Below are positions 42,006 through 56,699 of a DNA stretch of 64,000 bases, in pieces. Position 1 is the first letter of the stretch; every line of letters begins with the position of its first letter. A program made the translations under genes and the position numbers. The notes beneath the pieces were generated by a model. The model searched no databases. It saw only the letters and a list, made by a program, of their open reading frames with translations, and was not told where the DNA came from. Location of the stretch: assembly GCA_050084985.1 (NCBI GenBank), contig JBITNC010000002.1:7812001-7876000 (forward strand). The letters run 5' to 3'. This stretch comes from Nageia nagi. Lineage: Eukaryota; Plantae; Pinophyta.

Positions 42006-43559
42006 TGTAATGTCCCCAATTTGTAAGGTTTTACTCATTTTTATTTTAAGGAGATCACATATTCTACAAGCTAGTAATGGATGTTCCAACAATTGAAATG
42101 GAAAGAACATATTGTGCCAATCATTTTGATATGTTATATGACCTACTTTCAATAACAAATGAGGAAGATATGGTACTTTAAAGTTTACCCACCATGCCAA
42201 TTTGCTCATATCATGTGTATGCATGTTAATTTGTGATTTACTCCAATTTGAGAGTAACTTACATCCTCTAATGATGCAAAATTTATATTTCATTAATCTA
42301 GGTGTGGTTTATATTTAATTAGGAATATTTTAATGTAATTCCACTTGGTATCCTCCAACATGGAACATAGGACTCTATAAATCATTATTTGTTATTTCTA
42401 TGTAATAAATGGGCCATAGGAATTTATGTGCCAAATAATACTTGTATTTTCATAGGCCACTTGTAATACATAATTCCAAAGGATATTAATAATTAAAAAT
42501 ATAATATTATTCTCCTTTAATGGTATGTTGCATATTTGGCAATTGGATCTTGAAATTTGGCATCCCTAGGCAAGTTTATGACTCCCACACTTGGATGTGG
42601 GGATAGGATAGATTTATGGTACTTAATTTGAGAAACCATGATGATTTTGAGGTACCTAGAAATTATCCTTTCTTGTACATGGCATTTATGGGCCATTATA
42701 TATGATTACTCCCATCTCGAGGCACCTTAATCCTGGACATGTGATAATTCAACACATGGATCAACCCCAAACACCATTGGATGAGATTACATAAATTCCA
42801 ATACATGATTAGAAGTAAAATTTATCTATATAAGGAGTATCCCTAGAAGAAAAATGCATGTATGGTATTAGAATTATTATTTTTCTCTTATTTATGGTTG
42901 TGCCTCTCTTGGATACATGTCAATGGTGTGAAGAACTTGAAGTTTGGCACAACTTCAAGTTTATGTAGTGCTTTCTTAAGGGTTAGTGAACCTCAAGGAT
43001 TACATCTAGCTATCTATGGGGTGTTAGTATTTCCCTTAGATTATTAGAATGCTGCTAATGGATCTCTAATATTCCATCACAACTATTGGAGGAGGAACCC
43101 TTTGTGTAAACCTTGCCACACTATGGGTCCATGCCTTAGAGCATCAATCTAAACTACATTGTCATTTTAATTGAGGTTACTACAATTTTATTCTTTGAAT
43201 ATAATTACTTTATCCATTACATTATTATTTTATTATCATTTCATGGTGTTTATCTCTTAATACTTAGACATTGGATTTAGAGTGTAATGTTTCATTATTA
43301 AATTCTTGTTAATGCTCTATAAATTCAACATTGGAATATTGGAAGTCTTGCATGCTCAAATTTCATATCTTCTTCACTATAGTTATATGTTGAGTTATTA
43401 GACATGTTTTGCAAGTTTGAATTCATATTTTCCAATTCTACCTATACGTTGGGCTTTTTATGCAATTTTGAGCCTATTTAATCAATATCAAAACTATAAA
43501 GGAAAATGCCTATCTCCAATGATATATTTGAGGAGTGAGCCCTAGTTTGACTCATCACA
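42006..43559 (+). repeat. 3' LTR of element A (uninterrupted)
   Basis: TGTAATGTCCCC...CTCATCACA. Shows the empty sites TGGTATCCTCCAAC and GAGCCTATTT for insertions B and C. Confidence 0.93.
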
Positions 43560-46500
43560 CATACCCAAAAATATTTCTATCAAGGAAATTCCTCTGTAAG
43601 TGGATATAAACTTGTAATTAGGTTACACTCTATTATAAATACTTTATTTACCTTCTCATATGATATGCATTTGTACCTTTGAATAGTGTCTTTGGCCTTC
43701 ATCAATATAATGCTCAAATTTTCAACAAAAGTAAAGATTCTCTCATCATAATATGGGACTACCCATGCTTCAAACTCTGTGATGTCCTTTATTTTTTCAA
43801 TGATTAAGATTTGTTATTTTGCATCATTCATTAAGGTTCTATCTTATCTCCAAAAATGTGAAACACCTAATATCAAAGCATTTAATTCTCCTTGCATGGT
43901 TTTTAGTTCTCACTCTAGGTCTTCTTTATGACTTTGTTCATCCATGAAAACCTTCTCTAAATTTATAATACTTGTGGTCCAAACCAATGCTTTCTTCCTA
44001 TCCACATGTGCAATGCTCAACTCTACATATGAGGCCTAATTGATTATTTGAATCATTATTTGTGATTCCCCTTTCTTTGAATCAATGGTGGTTCGAACCC
44101 TATCAAGGTAGCTAGGGTTGAATCTCATCCAATGCTTCTTTTTGCACTTCATAAATTCCATCAACAGGGGTAGGCCCTTAAGCTCATGTGCTATTTTAGC
44201 TCAATAATTATTTTTCAAACTAGATAATACAATAGCACTAAATCTAACTATGTTATGCAAAGTCAAGATTTATCAATTTAATATATTTATATTCTCATCC
44301 TTTGAAGCCACTAGATTGGCCTAATTTACAAGCTTGACATCCCTCTATTTGATTGTATTTTTCTTGAAGGATATATAGAAATCCTTTTGTGTTAACTTAT
44401 TTATTTTGGTGGTAATCTCCACATCCTTTTAGATGAATTCAATGGTCCTAACCACTATCCTTGCATACTTTTGGGCCAATTAGATTGTCTTAGCCTTAAT
44501 ATATTTATTTTTTAGATTAATTTCCCCTTCCTTCTCAACTAACACCACTTTCATGGCCCAAGTTGCTTCTCTATTTGTATCAGCTCCATAGTCTTTGCTA
44601 CAAATTCTTCCTCTTTTTTCTTTAGTTCCTTTCCATATGGTGCTTCACTGATGGTAGAAGTTAGTTCATTGACTTATTTGGTTAAGGCCTTGACCTATTT
44701 TTTACTAGTGTTCAATTAGATAGTTAGAAGAATATTTTAATTCATACTTGATGGCATCACTCTTCACCAAATCCATAGAGGTTTGAAGAAATTCATTTTT
44801 ATTCTTATAGGATATGATGGCATAGTCTAGATCAATGGATGTGTTATTCACTCCTTGTAAATCTTATTTCAATGTTATATCTTTAATGATGTCCATATGT
44901 AATTTCTTCCCCTTTGGATCAATCTAACTTTACATCCTGATTTTACCTTTAGGAGTCGATATGCTCTTGATTTTCTTCTCTTCCTAACTTACCTATTTCT
45001 TATACATTTCTTGGTACTGATAGAATATGACTTGGGTTAAGACTTATTGACCTCCAAAGGAGATAAATGGTGATATGGCCATTGATGTATGCATTACCTC
45101 AAATGATATGGGGTAATGAAAGGTGGGGAATTTTGGAGTGTGGTGTGTGTGTGATTTTTTTATGGTTAAAAAAATATTATATTAGCTATCTATGGACATA
45201 ATTATAGCATCATGTACAAAAAATAAAATAACAAATAATATTCTCTATGTCTCTTGTAACAATAATATACTCATTAGCCAAGGGTACATGGTATGTGTAT
45301 GAGTTGATATGATAGGTATTTCCTAAATGTTTAATGATATGGATTGGGGAAATAGTCTTGTGATAGGGAAAGTGTGGATGATTTGAGTTATGGATTGGCT
45401 TAAGAGAGGGGAATATGGTATGGGTTGTTGAGTATACTGAGGGTATTGCCTCAATTTAATTCAAATTTGATATGGTGCAAGATTATCTATGGTAGAAGTA
45501 TTGATATCAGGAGGAGGAGGAGAAGTTGGAATGTGCATACCTAATATATTTATGGTTTGATCTTTATTCCTTATTATTTTCTTTAGGATCCTCTCCTTAT
45601 TGGGGATTCCTTTATAATCATAGTGATGAGATATTTTATGTTTAGTCATTTTTTGAGGTAGTTGGGCTTGGTGAGATGACCCAACTTGTTGGGATACTTT
45701 GATTAGTGCTATCTATAGCTCCTCTTATTATGGATTTCCTTCTAACATGGAACTTTATTCTAATGGAGCTTGCTCTTCTACCCTTTTTGAAGTTTCAACA
45801 TTTTCTTCTTCCTTTAATTTTTCACCTCCCAACTCTACACCCTCATATTTCTCATCTTCATTCTCTTGATCATAAAATTGGTTCATTTTTTTATCCATCT
45901 CATTATCACATAAATCCATATTGGTATTTGAATCCATATAGTATTAGATAAAAGTATATGGTTTCATGGTGGAATAGTTAATTTCCATTAAGTTCTTCAT
46001 TAATTTCTTCCCCAATGTTATCTTAGTAGGCTCAAATTTATTTACTCTATCATATAAGTCTCTCCATGTTGAAAGACCTTTGACTATGGTCACATTATCA
46101 GGAATTTGTGGCTCATCATATTTCATTTTCCTCCACTACTCAACATTGGTATAAGATCCATTTAAAATTTATTATCCTTCTTGCTCATGGCCCTTATCCT
46201 TTCTACAAAGATTCCATTTTAGTCATAATCCCATGCATCAGAGATCTTTTACAACTTGATATTGGGTAGTTTCCTCTTTAAATACACATGCACATCCTTT
46301 TTTATAATTATTATGTCTTGATATGAGAAGATTAAGATATAAAATGAGTTTTTGTTTGCTTTGATACCCCATTTGGTATTGATATAATCTAAATGCCTAC
46401 CGAATTCTAGACCAAAAATACAATCTATAACATAGAATGGGAGTAGTATTACTCTCTCCCCAAATTTTTATAATTTGATGATAATATTTTTAGGGTGAAG

Positions 46501-47360
46501 TACCAATCCCCCTTTTCTATGGTTTTTGTCCTTAGATCCCCTTGGGCTTGGATTGAAAACCTAGGTATAATCAAACTTGAGATCAGGTACAACATCGAGC
46601 CTAGGAAATGATTGACAAAGACATAATAATTATTGGATTCCTTTAGCATGTTATTCCACTCATCTACTAACATGTGAAAATCATTTTTGGAATGTGTATT
46701 TAATGGCACCCACATGAACTATATATTATTTTAGAATAACATTAGCTAAAATAATATATGATACATAAGTAAATATCCTCATCTCTAGTAGGTTCACCAA
46801 TTGCTCTGCTATATTTCAAGATATGTACTTTGACTAGTTGAGTATGTAAAGATGTGTTGGATGTGTAATGGTTTATTTGATGGAAAATTGGTAATATGAT
46901 ACTAAGTTATTTGACCTTTCACAAAGGATGATAACTAACATAGAGAAGACCATTTATAGGTCATTTTGGAAATTTTCCATGGGTATCTCCTTTTTTAGAA
47001 TTTTTGTGCAAGGCGACTTGAAATTTCTTTCTAGCTAGCTTAGCATGTGGTCACCATCATATCCTATTTTCTCCCCTATGTGTATATATATAGGCTTGGT
47101 AGGGCTTCTTGAGGGTTTGAAAGCTTCTACAATGTTTTTTATTAAAAAAAATATGATCACCTACCCATTTGCACCTCTCACCATCCTTTCCTTATGATTG
47201 ATGAATTCTTGGAGCAATTTCATTAACTTGGGGACAACATGAAATTGTTTAGTAACTAACCAATATAATATGTTATTCATAAAGTATTTTCAATTTTTAA
47301 ACTATGTTAGAATTGTTTTCAAATCATAGGGCCTAAACAATACCTTTAATATTTCAACAA

Positions 47361-49425
47361 ATATCATTTCATTAGAAGGATTCAAGGTGGATCTTAAAAA
47401 ACTTAAATACATGTAGAATTGGTCTATTCCCAAATCCTTAAAGGGCTTGTATGAATTTCTTATATTGATGGGATATTATCAAAAGTATAATTGGTCTATT
47501 GATAGCCTTGCTTAAGAACAATACATTTAATTGGTCCTCCTAGGTTGAATCAACCTTTGATAGATTAGTTCTTCACTCCCATCTTAGCTATGCCTAATTT
47601 TTCAAATACCTTTTTCATCATGATTTATGCCTTTGGGATGGGAATCAACACAATCTTGATGTAGGAAGGAAGGTCATTGGTATTCATTAGTAAGGAACTT
47701 TTAGGGAAGAACTTAGTGAAGTACACTTATGAAAAGGAAATGTTAGCTATCATTCATGTTGTTCAAAGGTGGTGGTAGTACCTTATTGGGTGATATTTTA
47801 TTATTCTTATATACCACCATAGTCTAAAATACTTCTTGAAACAATGAATATCCATTCTAAAATAACAAAATTAGGTTACCAAGCTTTTGGGCTATGACTT
47901 TAAGATTGTGTATTGTAAAGGTAAGGAGAATATGGTTGTTGATGCCCTTTCTAGAAATTTTGAGGATTAGGAAATATTACAAAAACTTTCATTACCAATT
48001 CCATAATGGTTAGAACACATTAAACAAGTATGGATTCAAGACATTTCTAGTCCTGTACAAATTCAACAACTTAAGATAGACCCCACTAGTAAACCATAAT
48101 TCTCGAATGGAGTATTATGCTTCAAAGGTTGCATTGCACTTATTCTTACCTCATCTTATTGAGAAGAAATATTATAGGAAATACATGTTTCACCTTTAGT
48201 AGGGAACTTTTGGTTTCTCAAAACCTATAAGAGAGTGGCTAGATCCTTTTATTGGGTGGTAATGAAGTAGGATATCAAAAAGTTTATGGTAGAATGTGAT
48301 GCTTCTCAATGAAAAAAGGGTGAGACAATAGGCACACTAGAGTTGCTCCAACCACTTCCTATTCCAAATTGAACATGGATTGATATATCAATGGATTTTA
48401 TTGAGGGCCTCCCAAAGTCTCATGGGCAATCTATTATCATGGTGGTGGTAGATAAATTATTCAAATAAGTATATTTTTTCTCCTTTTCTCACCCATTTAA
48501 GGCTATAAATATGGCCCAATTATTCATTGATAATATTTTCAAGTTCCATGATATACCTTCCACCATAGTTAGTGATTGACACCTAGCCTTCACTAGAAAA
48601 TTTTGGCAAAAATTCTTTAATCTTCAAGGAACATAACTAAACATAAGTTCATCCTATCACCCTTAGATAGATGGCTAGATGGAAATTGTAAATAAGTGCT
48701 TGGATAATTACTTATGTTATTTTGCATCTTTTCAACTATTTCTTTAAGCCAAATATCTTTCTTTGGTAGAGTGATAGTATAACATATCATATCATATAGC
48801 TATTCATATGATCCGTTATGAAATATTATATAGTCAAACATAACCAGGTGTGGCCTCTTATGTTTTGGGTAGTACCAATATCTCGATGGTTGATAATGAA
48901 TTAATCATTTAGGAAGAAATCATTTTTATTCTTAAGGAAAATTTGCAAATTACTCAACATCACATGAAATAATAAGTCTATCAACATCAAGTGCAAATGG
49001 AATTCCATTAAGGGGATATGGTCTTCTTACGGATTCAACCATATCATCAAAAATATCTCAATAATAAAGAACCATAAAAATTAGCACCAAAGTTTTATGG
49101 ACCTTACAAAATTTTGCAATGCATTGGACCTATCGCATGCAAATTGGAGTTACCTAAGTCTTCCAAGTTTCATTTAGTATTTCATGTTTCCTTCTTAAAG
49201 ATGTTTTTGGTATCATAGGTGAAGGCTTAGACCTAGTTACTAGGGTTCACAAATGATAGTTCCATCAAGATAGAACCTAAAATAGTTTTAGAAAGGTGAA
49301 CCCATCAACTTAATAATCATACCATCACTAAAGTTCTTATATAATGGTGTGGCTTGGCACCTAAGGATGCGACATTGGAGATAGTGCATCAACTTCAATA
49401 GGAGTTTTCCAATTTTAAGTTTTGA
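47361..49425 (+). pseudogene. pol: pol remnant: RT C-terminus, RNase H, integrase, chromodomain
   Basis: IISLEGFKVD...NWSIPKSLKG; YTYEKEMLAIIHVVQRW; [28 protein letters not shown]; SSSYHP*IDG*MEIVNKCL; LAPKFYGPYKI...VFHVSFLK; EPKIVLER...KVLI*WCGLAPKDATLE. Many stops. Confidence 0.92.
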
Positions 49426-49820
49426 GCACAAAGCTTAAAATTCCAAGGGGGATGGTATGTTAGGATCTCACATATTAACACTTAAGAATTACTTAAATAG
49501 TAGTTAGTATTAGTTAGGTATACTTATTAAGTGAATAGTCATTTGTTTTAAAATGAACAGTCACTTGTGATGACTATAAATATGTGCAAGATGGGATAGA
49601 TAAAGCATCAAGGAAAATATATTATCTTTGAAATTATAATAAGGAATACCCCTTGAAGTGGTATGAAATTCATATTGTGATCAATAAATTATTTCTATTA
49701 TATGATCTTTTTGATTGGGAATGGCATTACTCTATTTTGTTACTTACAAATAGTTCAATATTTCATATTTTTTTGCTATTTTTCATTAAAATATTATTTA
49801 TATCTTCAAGGTTCCTAACA
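47361..49820 (+). mobile_element. Element D: 5'-truncated chromovirus (Reina-like) Ty3/gypsy
   Basis: Pol remnant, then PPT AAGGGGGATGGTA and a single 363-bp LTR 49458-49820 with inverted termini TGTTAGGA...TCCTAACA. No matching 5' LTR in the window. Confidence 0.88.
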
Positions 49821-52324
49821 CATTTTGGTTGGATCAATTGGCATCCTTCATATTGATCTTGGTGCATGTTTTAGGAAGTGCATTACCTACATGATCAAAA
49901 AGGATCCAAATCTAAAATCTCTATCCTTATTACTCATTGGTAGTTTGTACTCTTAATCAATCTCTTGGAGTTGATTCAAATATATGTATGTTAAGTGATA
50001 GTTTTTTATGACTATTATTATGTCATCAATGAGATTCCTTTGAAAAAATATAAAAGAGGCTGATGTAACCTTGTAAATAATCTTCTATAAAATTATTTTG
50101 ACTACAACCCTCATCCTATGATCCATGATGACTTTGAATTTGAGATCCTTTCTATCCCTCTCATAAGTGAACAACTTCTTAATTACTTCATACTTCAGAT
50201 GTCGCACTAATTTTATCTGGTGTGAGTGATCTTCTCCCTACATTTGTAAACCCATAATAACATGTACAATCTTTAAATCTACCAAATAGAATTGATCTAA
50301 CCATAAAACATGATTGTGCTAGTGGCTATAAAGAATTTTGATTGTGCCTTTATCCTACAATGTTAAATCAATCATCTTCAATAGGTATTACAATCGTTAT
50401 ATCTTAATTCATTTTGTTGCTTCTTATAATAAATTAGCTAGGTTTTTCCTTATTCTATGAGCCATTGAAAGTTGAATTTATTAAAACATAACCTTCATGA
50501 TATACTATATCATCCATATCACATATAATAAGTATAGGATATTCATAAACTAATGGCCATATGGGGGCTCTTGATATAGTACTGAATCTTTTTTGGGAGT
50601 CATTTTTTTCTTGGATTCTTTTGTATAAATATTTTCCTTTCATTTCCTTCTTCTTCTTCCTTCCTTATGATTTTGCAAAGGTGAATTTTCAATTTTATTT
50701 GTAGTTTGGTTTTATATCTAATGAGTTTTTCCAATGGTGCAAATTATAAAGCTTACCATTTTGGGTACCATCAACAATTAAATGGGGGGATTATTTTATT
50801 TTTTGATGTATCATTTAATACAAGTACCTAGTTGGTTATTTTATTTAATGATGGTATACTTACCACATGTTAAAGGCTTTGAAATATATTCCTTGGTCCA
50901 ATATTCGGTGTTAATTGCATGGTAAATGATGTGTTTATAATTAATATGGTTATAAAATGGTTTTACCAATTTCAATAAATTTCTCAAGCAAAACCACATG
51001 GTGTTCTTCCCAACTTAATGAGATGTGTTTGGCAATAATGTATCTTTGGTTTTTATTAGTTATGTGAGCATAGTGTTAGTGATTCAATATTTAGCTTATT
51101 AAAAAATTTAATAATGTGGATCCAATGTTATTTTAAATATTTGGGATGATTTCAATATTATATCCATCAATTTTAATGTAAGCGAGTTTCAATTGTAGAA
51201 GAGTGATGATAACTAAGTCATTGATAGGATTTGGTTCATTAGAATTTTGACCTATATATGGGGATGAGATTATATATAAGATCATGGTTGGTGCATTGAT
51301 TGATCCTTATGTATTTGATGTGACCTATGTATTACTTGGATTCTTCCATGGCATGAATTTTGATAATTTAGGGAGGTTTGGTGTGGTGGTATTGATTCCT
51401 TCCTTTGTATTAATGGAGACTAATTCTATGAGTATTGCATGGTGGGATCTCCCTTCCTCATGTAAATGGCCTTGTATTCAATTTGTTATAGCATTGGACT
51501 ATAATTGGCCCTATAGTTTCAATCATCCTCATAGTAAAAGAGCTCATTAGAGATAAAATATGTAATGCTCTAAGTAGTCAATAGTTGGTGTATTAGTTCT
51601 TGTGTGAATTGCATTGAATACTAGATTTTTCCCATTTTGTAAATTCATGGCTGATTTTTTGAAGGGCCATAATGTGTATTTTTTAGATATAGTAATATTT
51701 TGTAGTTTTTGATTTTTCTTTTATGTGTGATCACTTCCTTGGTAACTTGTGATCAGTTTAACATGAATATAATGCTTTTGTTCTTATTATTTTTGGGATC
51801 CCATTAGTGTTTAATTGAAATTTGTGTTAGAACCTTGGGTCTCGTGTATCTCTCACCTACCCAAAACCTAAGTTTCATATACAAATTTTGTATTCATGAG
51901 AAATATTCTTTATATGTTTTTATTTTAAGGAATGAGTTTTAGCAAATTCATATTGTATCACACTAGATGTTTTTTAGTATTCATAATGATATTTTGCATC
52001 TAGGATTTGGACTTTTAGAGTCCCTTTACCTAACAAATAACATTTAATGCTTATATATTATTATGTTAGGTGATAACCCTATGTTTTAATTAGTTAACAT
52101 CATCATTACAAGGTATGTGATTCTTTAATATATGATAGTTACATAGCCTTAATAAGTCCCCAAGGGGATACCATATTCGTTAATGCTTTGACTCATTTTT
52201 AGGAGGTCTCAAGACTGAATCTCATTAGTTGTTCTATTCTATTGTAGTTTGGCTATTATTTTTCTGCAATTGTACTAATATCCATAGTCACCAAGTGGAT
52301 AGGTAGAGACATTAAAATTTTATT

Positions 52325-55300
52325 TTATTGGTGACTTTGAGAGGGTTTCTATAATAGTTTTCCTCATGATTATACCAAAAAAATTATAGCCTTGATGAAT
52401 AGTACCATATAACATGGTTAATTGACTTATTCCTTATCCTTTGATGCCAAATAAAATATATGGTCCTAACCATCTCATCCTTAACTTACCTGACCTATGC
52501 ATATAATGGCCATCATATAATAAGATATAATCTCCAACCTAAAATATGTTTAATGACTATCATATAATAAGATATAATCTCCAACCTAAAATATGTTTTT
52601 CTTTATGTGGATATCATGCCATGATTTTTAGAATTTTTTCTCTTGTGTCTAGTTATACCTTTCCATTAGATATTTATCATAAAGTATATTGATTTCTATG
52701 AGTCTATCATTTAGACATTGTTTATCATCCAACCTAGTCTCTATGGTGATTTAAAGGGAAGAAACTTGGTATTCCAAAGGTAGTATGATATTTATATTAT
52801 AAACTAGATCAAAGGGGGTTCAATTAGTAAGTCTTTTGTATGTTGTTCAAAAAGCCCATTGTACAACATGTATCTTATCCTTCCAATCTAATTTGTTAAT
52901 GGTAACAATTTTAGTTAAAATTATTTTTGAGATTTTTATTTAAAGCTTCAATTGCTCCATTTTCTTGAGGGTGATAGGCTGATATTTGATCATTTTTAAT
53001 GATAAATTTACTTAAAATTTATTTAATAGTATTTTTCATGAAGTGTTTGCCTTGGCCACGGATGATTTCCTTTTGGCATCCAAACATTATGTTAATATAT
53101 TTATATAGGAACTTAGCATTATTTTATGTGGTACAATCCTTAGTTGGTATAGATTTGGCCCATAGGGTTTAATTATTTAATTTTTATAATAATTTATCTA
53201 GCACCTATGTGTCATCCTAATAATGAAATCTATCCTACAAAATCAATCGCCCATTTCTGAAAGGGTAAAATAGGTAGGACTAGTTGTAGTGGAATTTCAT
53301 ATCTAGCTTATGGTTTTCTAATCCTTTAACATTATCATAACTATGAGTAAATATTTTAGCATATTTATTAAGTGTAGGATATTATATGATTTCTTGCATC
53401 ACCCTTTTACTTGTTAGCTCATCATTGTAGTGGCATCCTACCATTAGAGTATGTGCTTCTCTATGGATGTCTTATCATTTATATCCTAAAATAACTTATC
53501 TCATAACTTCATCTAACCTAATTTTATATAATTTTCCAAGTATATGGGATGGCTTGAATTAATATTTTGTTTCATCCTTTGGTGATGATTCCATCGAGGA
53601 ATTATCCTAATGATAAGAATGCAACTACATCTTTCAATTCATCAAAGAGTTATTTTGATCTATAATAAGTCTTCCTTGGTAAATAGTCTTCAACTTTAGA
53701 GATTTTTTAATGTTCTATTCATTACAGCATATTAGGAATATGGTTTAAATTATCATGTTTGATGATTCCTTTAAATATAAACTCTTATAAAAGGATCATT
53801 TATCGATAGATTAATCATTGAATAATGGGTTTTTTCAAAAGATAATGTATGGCTTCATGATATGTAAAGAAAGATAGAGTTGCCACTAAAATATAATGGA
53901 AAAAAATTTGTAAAGCATATACCATTGTTAATTCTTCTTCTACCATTGTATAATTTTTATCAAAGTCCACACTCATTCAACTAGTGAAGTAAATAGGGTG
54001 ATCGATATTTCTTTCACTAGTTGGGCTAATACAACACCAATGATGATGATATTAGGATAGACATGCACATGAAATTATTTACTTCAATCTAAAAAATAAG
54101 TATGGAGGCTTTGTATAATTTTGATTTGAATAGTTCAAAATTTTCTTGGCATTATGGTGACTAATAAAATTATTGATCTTTTTGATCAAATCATCAATTG
54201 GTGCAGTAAAGATAGTGTAGTTCTTAATGAATTTTTTATAATATCCAATTGAAAATATGCTTATTTTACTAATATTCAAGATGGTATATTAAGTATTGTT
54301 TCTACTATAGCATGATCAACCATCAAACCTTCTTTGCATATTATATGTCCTAGTAGAACTCCATATGGTGTTGCAAAGAAGCATTCATTCAAGTAAAGTG
54401 TGATTTTTAATTAGTGAAATTATTCAAACATCAATTTAAGGTCTTGTATATATTTATTGATAAGTCCAAATACTATTCAATCATTAACATAAAATTTGAT
54501 AAAATTATGTATGAAGTCTTTAAAGGTGTTTACCATAATTCACAAAAATATTGTTGGTGTATTTTTTAATCCAAATAGCATAATGATGTGCATACAGTAT
54601 CCCAATTCTATAGTGAAAGTTATTTTTGGACAATCTTCTTATCTGATTTTAACTTGATGATATCCAAAGAATCTATTAGTAAAATAATATACATCTTATC
54701 TTGCCACATTTTTCAAGTATTTCTTTGATGAAAGGGGTGGGGAACGGTTCATGTTAACATTCTTTGTTTAATTCTCTAAAATTTATTCAGATCTAAATTT
54801 TATCCATATTTTTGTATTTTACCACCATTAAGTTTATCTAGTTAGTATTTTCAAGTGGAAATATGATCCTATCATCCAACATCTTATTGATACCTTTTTG
54901 TACTTTATGTTTCATATTTGGATGAATAATATGTAAGATCATTGTTTCCTAGGTTTGTAGTTTGGTTTTAGCTAGATTTACATTATTCCTAATTCTTCTT
55001 TTATCCTTTTTATTTAGTATAATATTTTGGAAATAGTTCTTGGTATTCAATTAAAACTTTAGCAATTTTGTTGAGTACTTCTTCACTCCAGTAGTCACCA
55101 AGTTTTGCTATTTTGGGTTTCTCAAGAGAACCAATATTGATTTATCAAATTTGAAGTGCTTGATTATAAGGTGTAACTCTATCTTTTTGATAATAATTAT
55201 TCTACTACCTTCACCTACCTCATATTTCAATTTTTCTAATTTTTTTCTAGATTTATATCAATTGGATCATCTTTCTTTTTAGTTTTTATCATGATGGAGA

Positions 55301-56300
55301 TAGGTAATCTATTCATTTATTAGTGTTACTTAAAGGTACCTCTGAGAGAAATCATTATATTTATAATTGGTTTTTTTATTGAACATAAATAATATATTTA
55401 TGATTGTTATGATGCCCTTTCAAATATTCATATCACTACTATAGAATGAAAAAATTATAATAAAATTAGTTTGTAGTTTGTTCCAATCACCAGTTTCTCA
55501 TCGAAGTTCCTATTTTATATGTACCAATATCTTGGAATAGGGTCTAGTGTCCAATAAAATAGTTGTATCCACTCCAAGGGTATAAAAAATATTTTGATTC
55601 CAATGAGTTATGAATTGTTCAATGTGGACTAAAGGATTCACATTGCCATGATATATGTTTTGTGGAATTTTATTTTTGTTTAGAGTGGGAAATTAAAGTT
55701 TTGAGCATTAAGTAATCTCATCCCATTTATTAAGGCATGTTTTATGGGTATTATACCATTGAGTAGGAGTCACTAAAAATATATTATCTAATGCCTATAT
55801 CCTACTAAATTCCCATTGAAATATGTGATCCATTTATTGTATGTATTTATCAAGTTCTATCATACCTTGAAACTTTGGTAAAGTTACTAGATACCCCCTA
55901 TAAAAATAGCAAATATGTATCAGGTAATTGTATATGCTCTTATATTTATCACCTTATATTTTATAGAGTTCCATAATAATTTTATAAGTTCTAAGTCTTC
56001 TTTAGATTCATCACTATGGAATTCCAATTTACCATCATCAATAGGATTCATATAATTTATGAATCCATTGAATTATTTTATCAAAGTCATATTACAAAGT
56101 TCCTTCATTCTTCAAGAATTGTTATCTCCAAAGGGACAACTACTAGTACAAAAATAGGGATAGTCAATATATGCATGTTTTACTCCCTTATATAATGGAA
56201 AGTAGGCTTGGATTTTATCATTGAAAATGACCATTTGTTGGGTCTTATTGTTAAATACTCCTCCATTATTGATGAACCATTCCAAATCTAGTATGTTAAG
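52325..56300 (-). pseudogene. pol: Heavily decayed gypsy pol (protease region, RT, RNase H, integrase) of the basal element
   Basis: Minus-strand motifs GYHQVKIR*EDCPKITFTIELG and FGLKNTPTIF (RT, about 54550-54670), WAIDFVG and HPQENGAIEA (integrase, about 52940-53260), GKLRMRWLGPY (about 52460-52490). No chromodomain seen. Confidence 0.85.
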
Positions 56301-56699
56301 TGTAATTCAAAATATTATTAGCCATATCATAAATCAAAATAAATATTTGACTCAATTACCATAAATGATATTGTGGAATCTTTAAAAATTCCTTGATGTT
56401 GGATTAATGTACCATTCACCATGGCAAAACTTTGGGTAACTAGTTGTAGATGTGGGCATCCTAGTTTCTACCATGTTGTAGTAGGTATAAAATTAATGTC
56501 TTCACATAAATCAATCATAATTTTTTTGTAAAAGTTTCCATTAATTTTAGAATGGACCATAATAGGTCATATTTTCTATTATTTTTTTATTTTTAGTGGT
56601 GCAAACATTTTGAACACCTTGTTCATATTTTTCTAATTTATAGCAAATTTATTTAGTTTCACCATAAAGTTTTCTTCTTATACTAAAGTACATTATTCT

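Larger units (their letters stand above)
24088..43559 (+). mobile_element. Element A: non-autonomous LTR retrotransposon (probably gypsy), 5' LTR split by two insertions
   Basis: 5' LTR pieces 24088-24435, 33587-34710 and 38488-38569 sum to 1554 bp, the length of the 3' LTR 42006-43559. TSD CATAT/CATAC. PBS TGGTATCAAAGCC at 38571. Confidence 0.92.
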
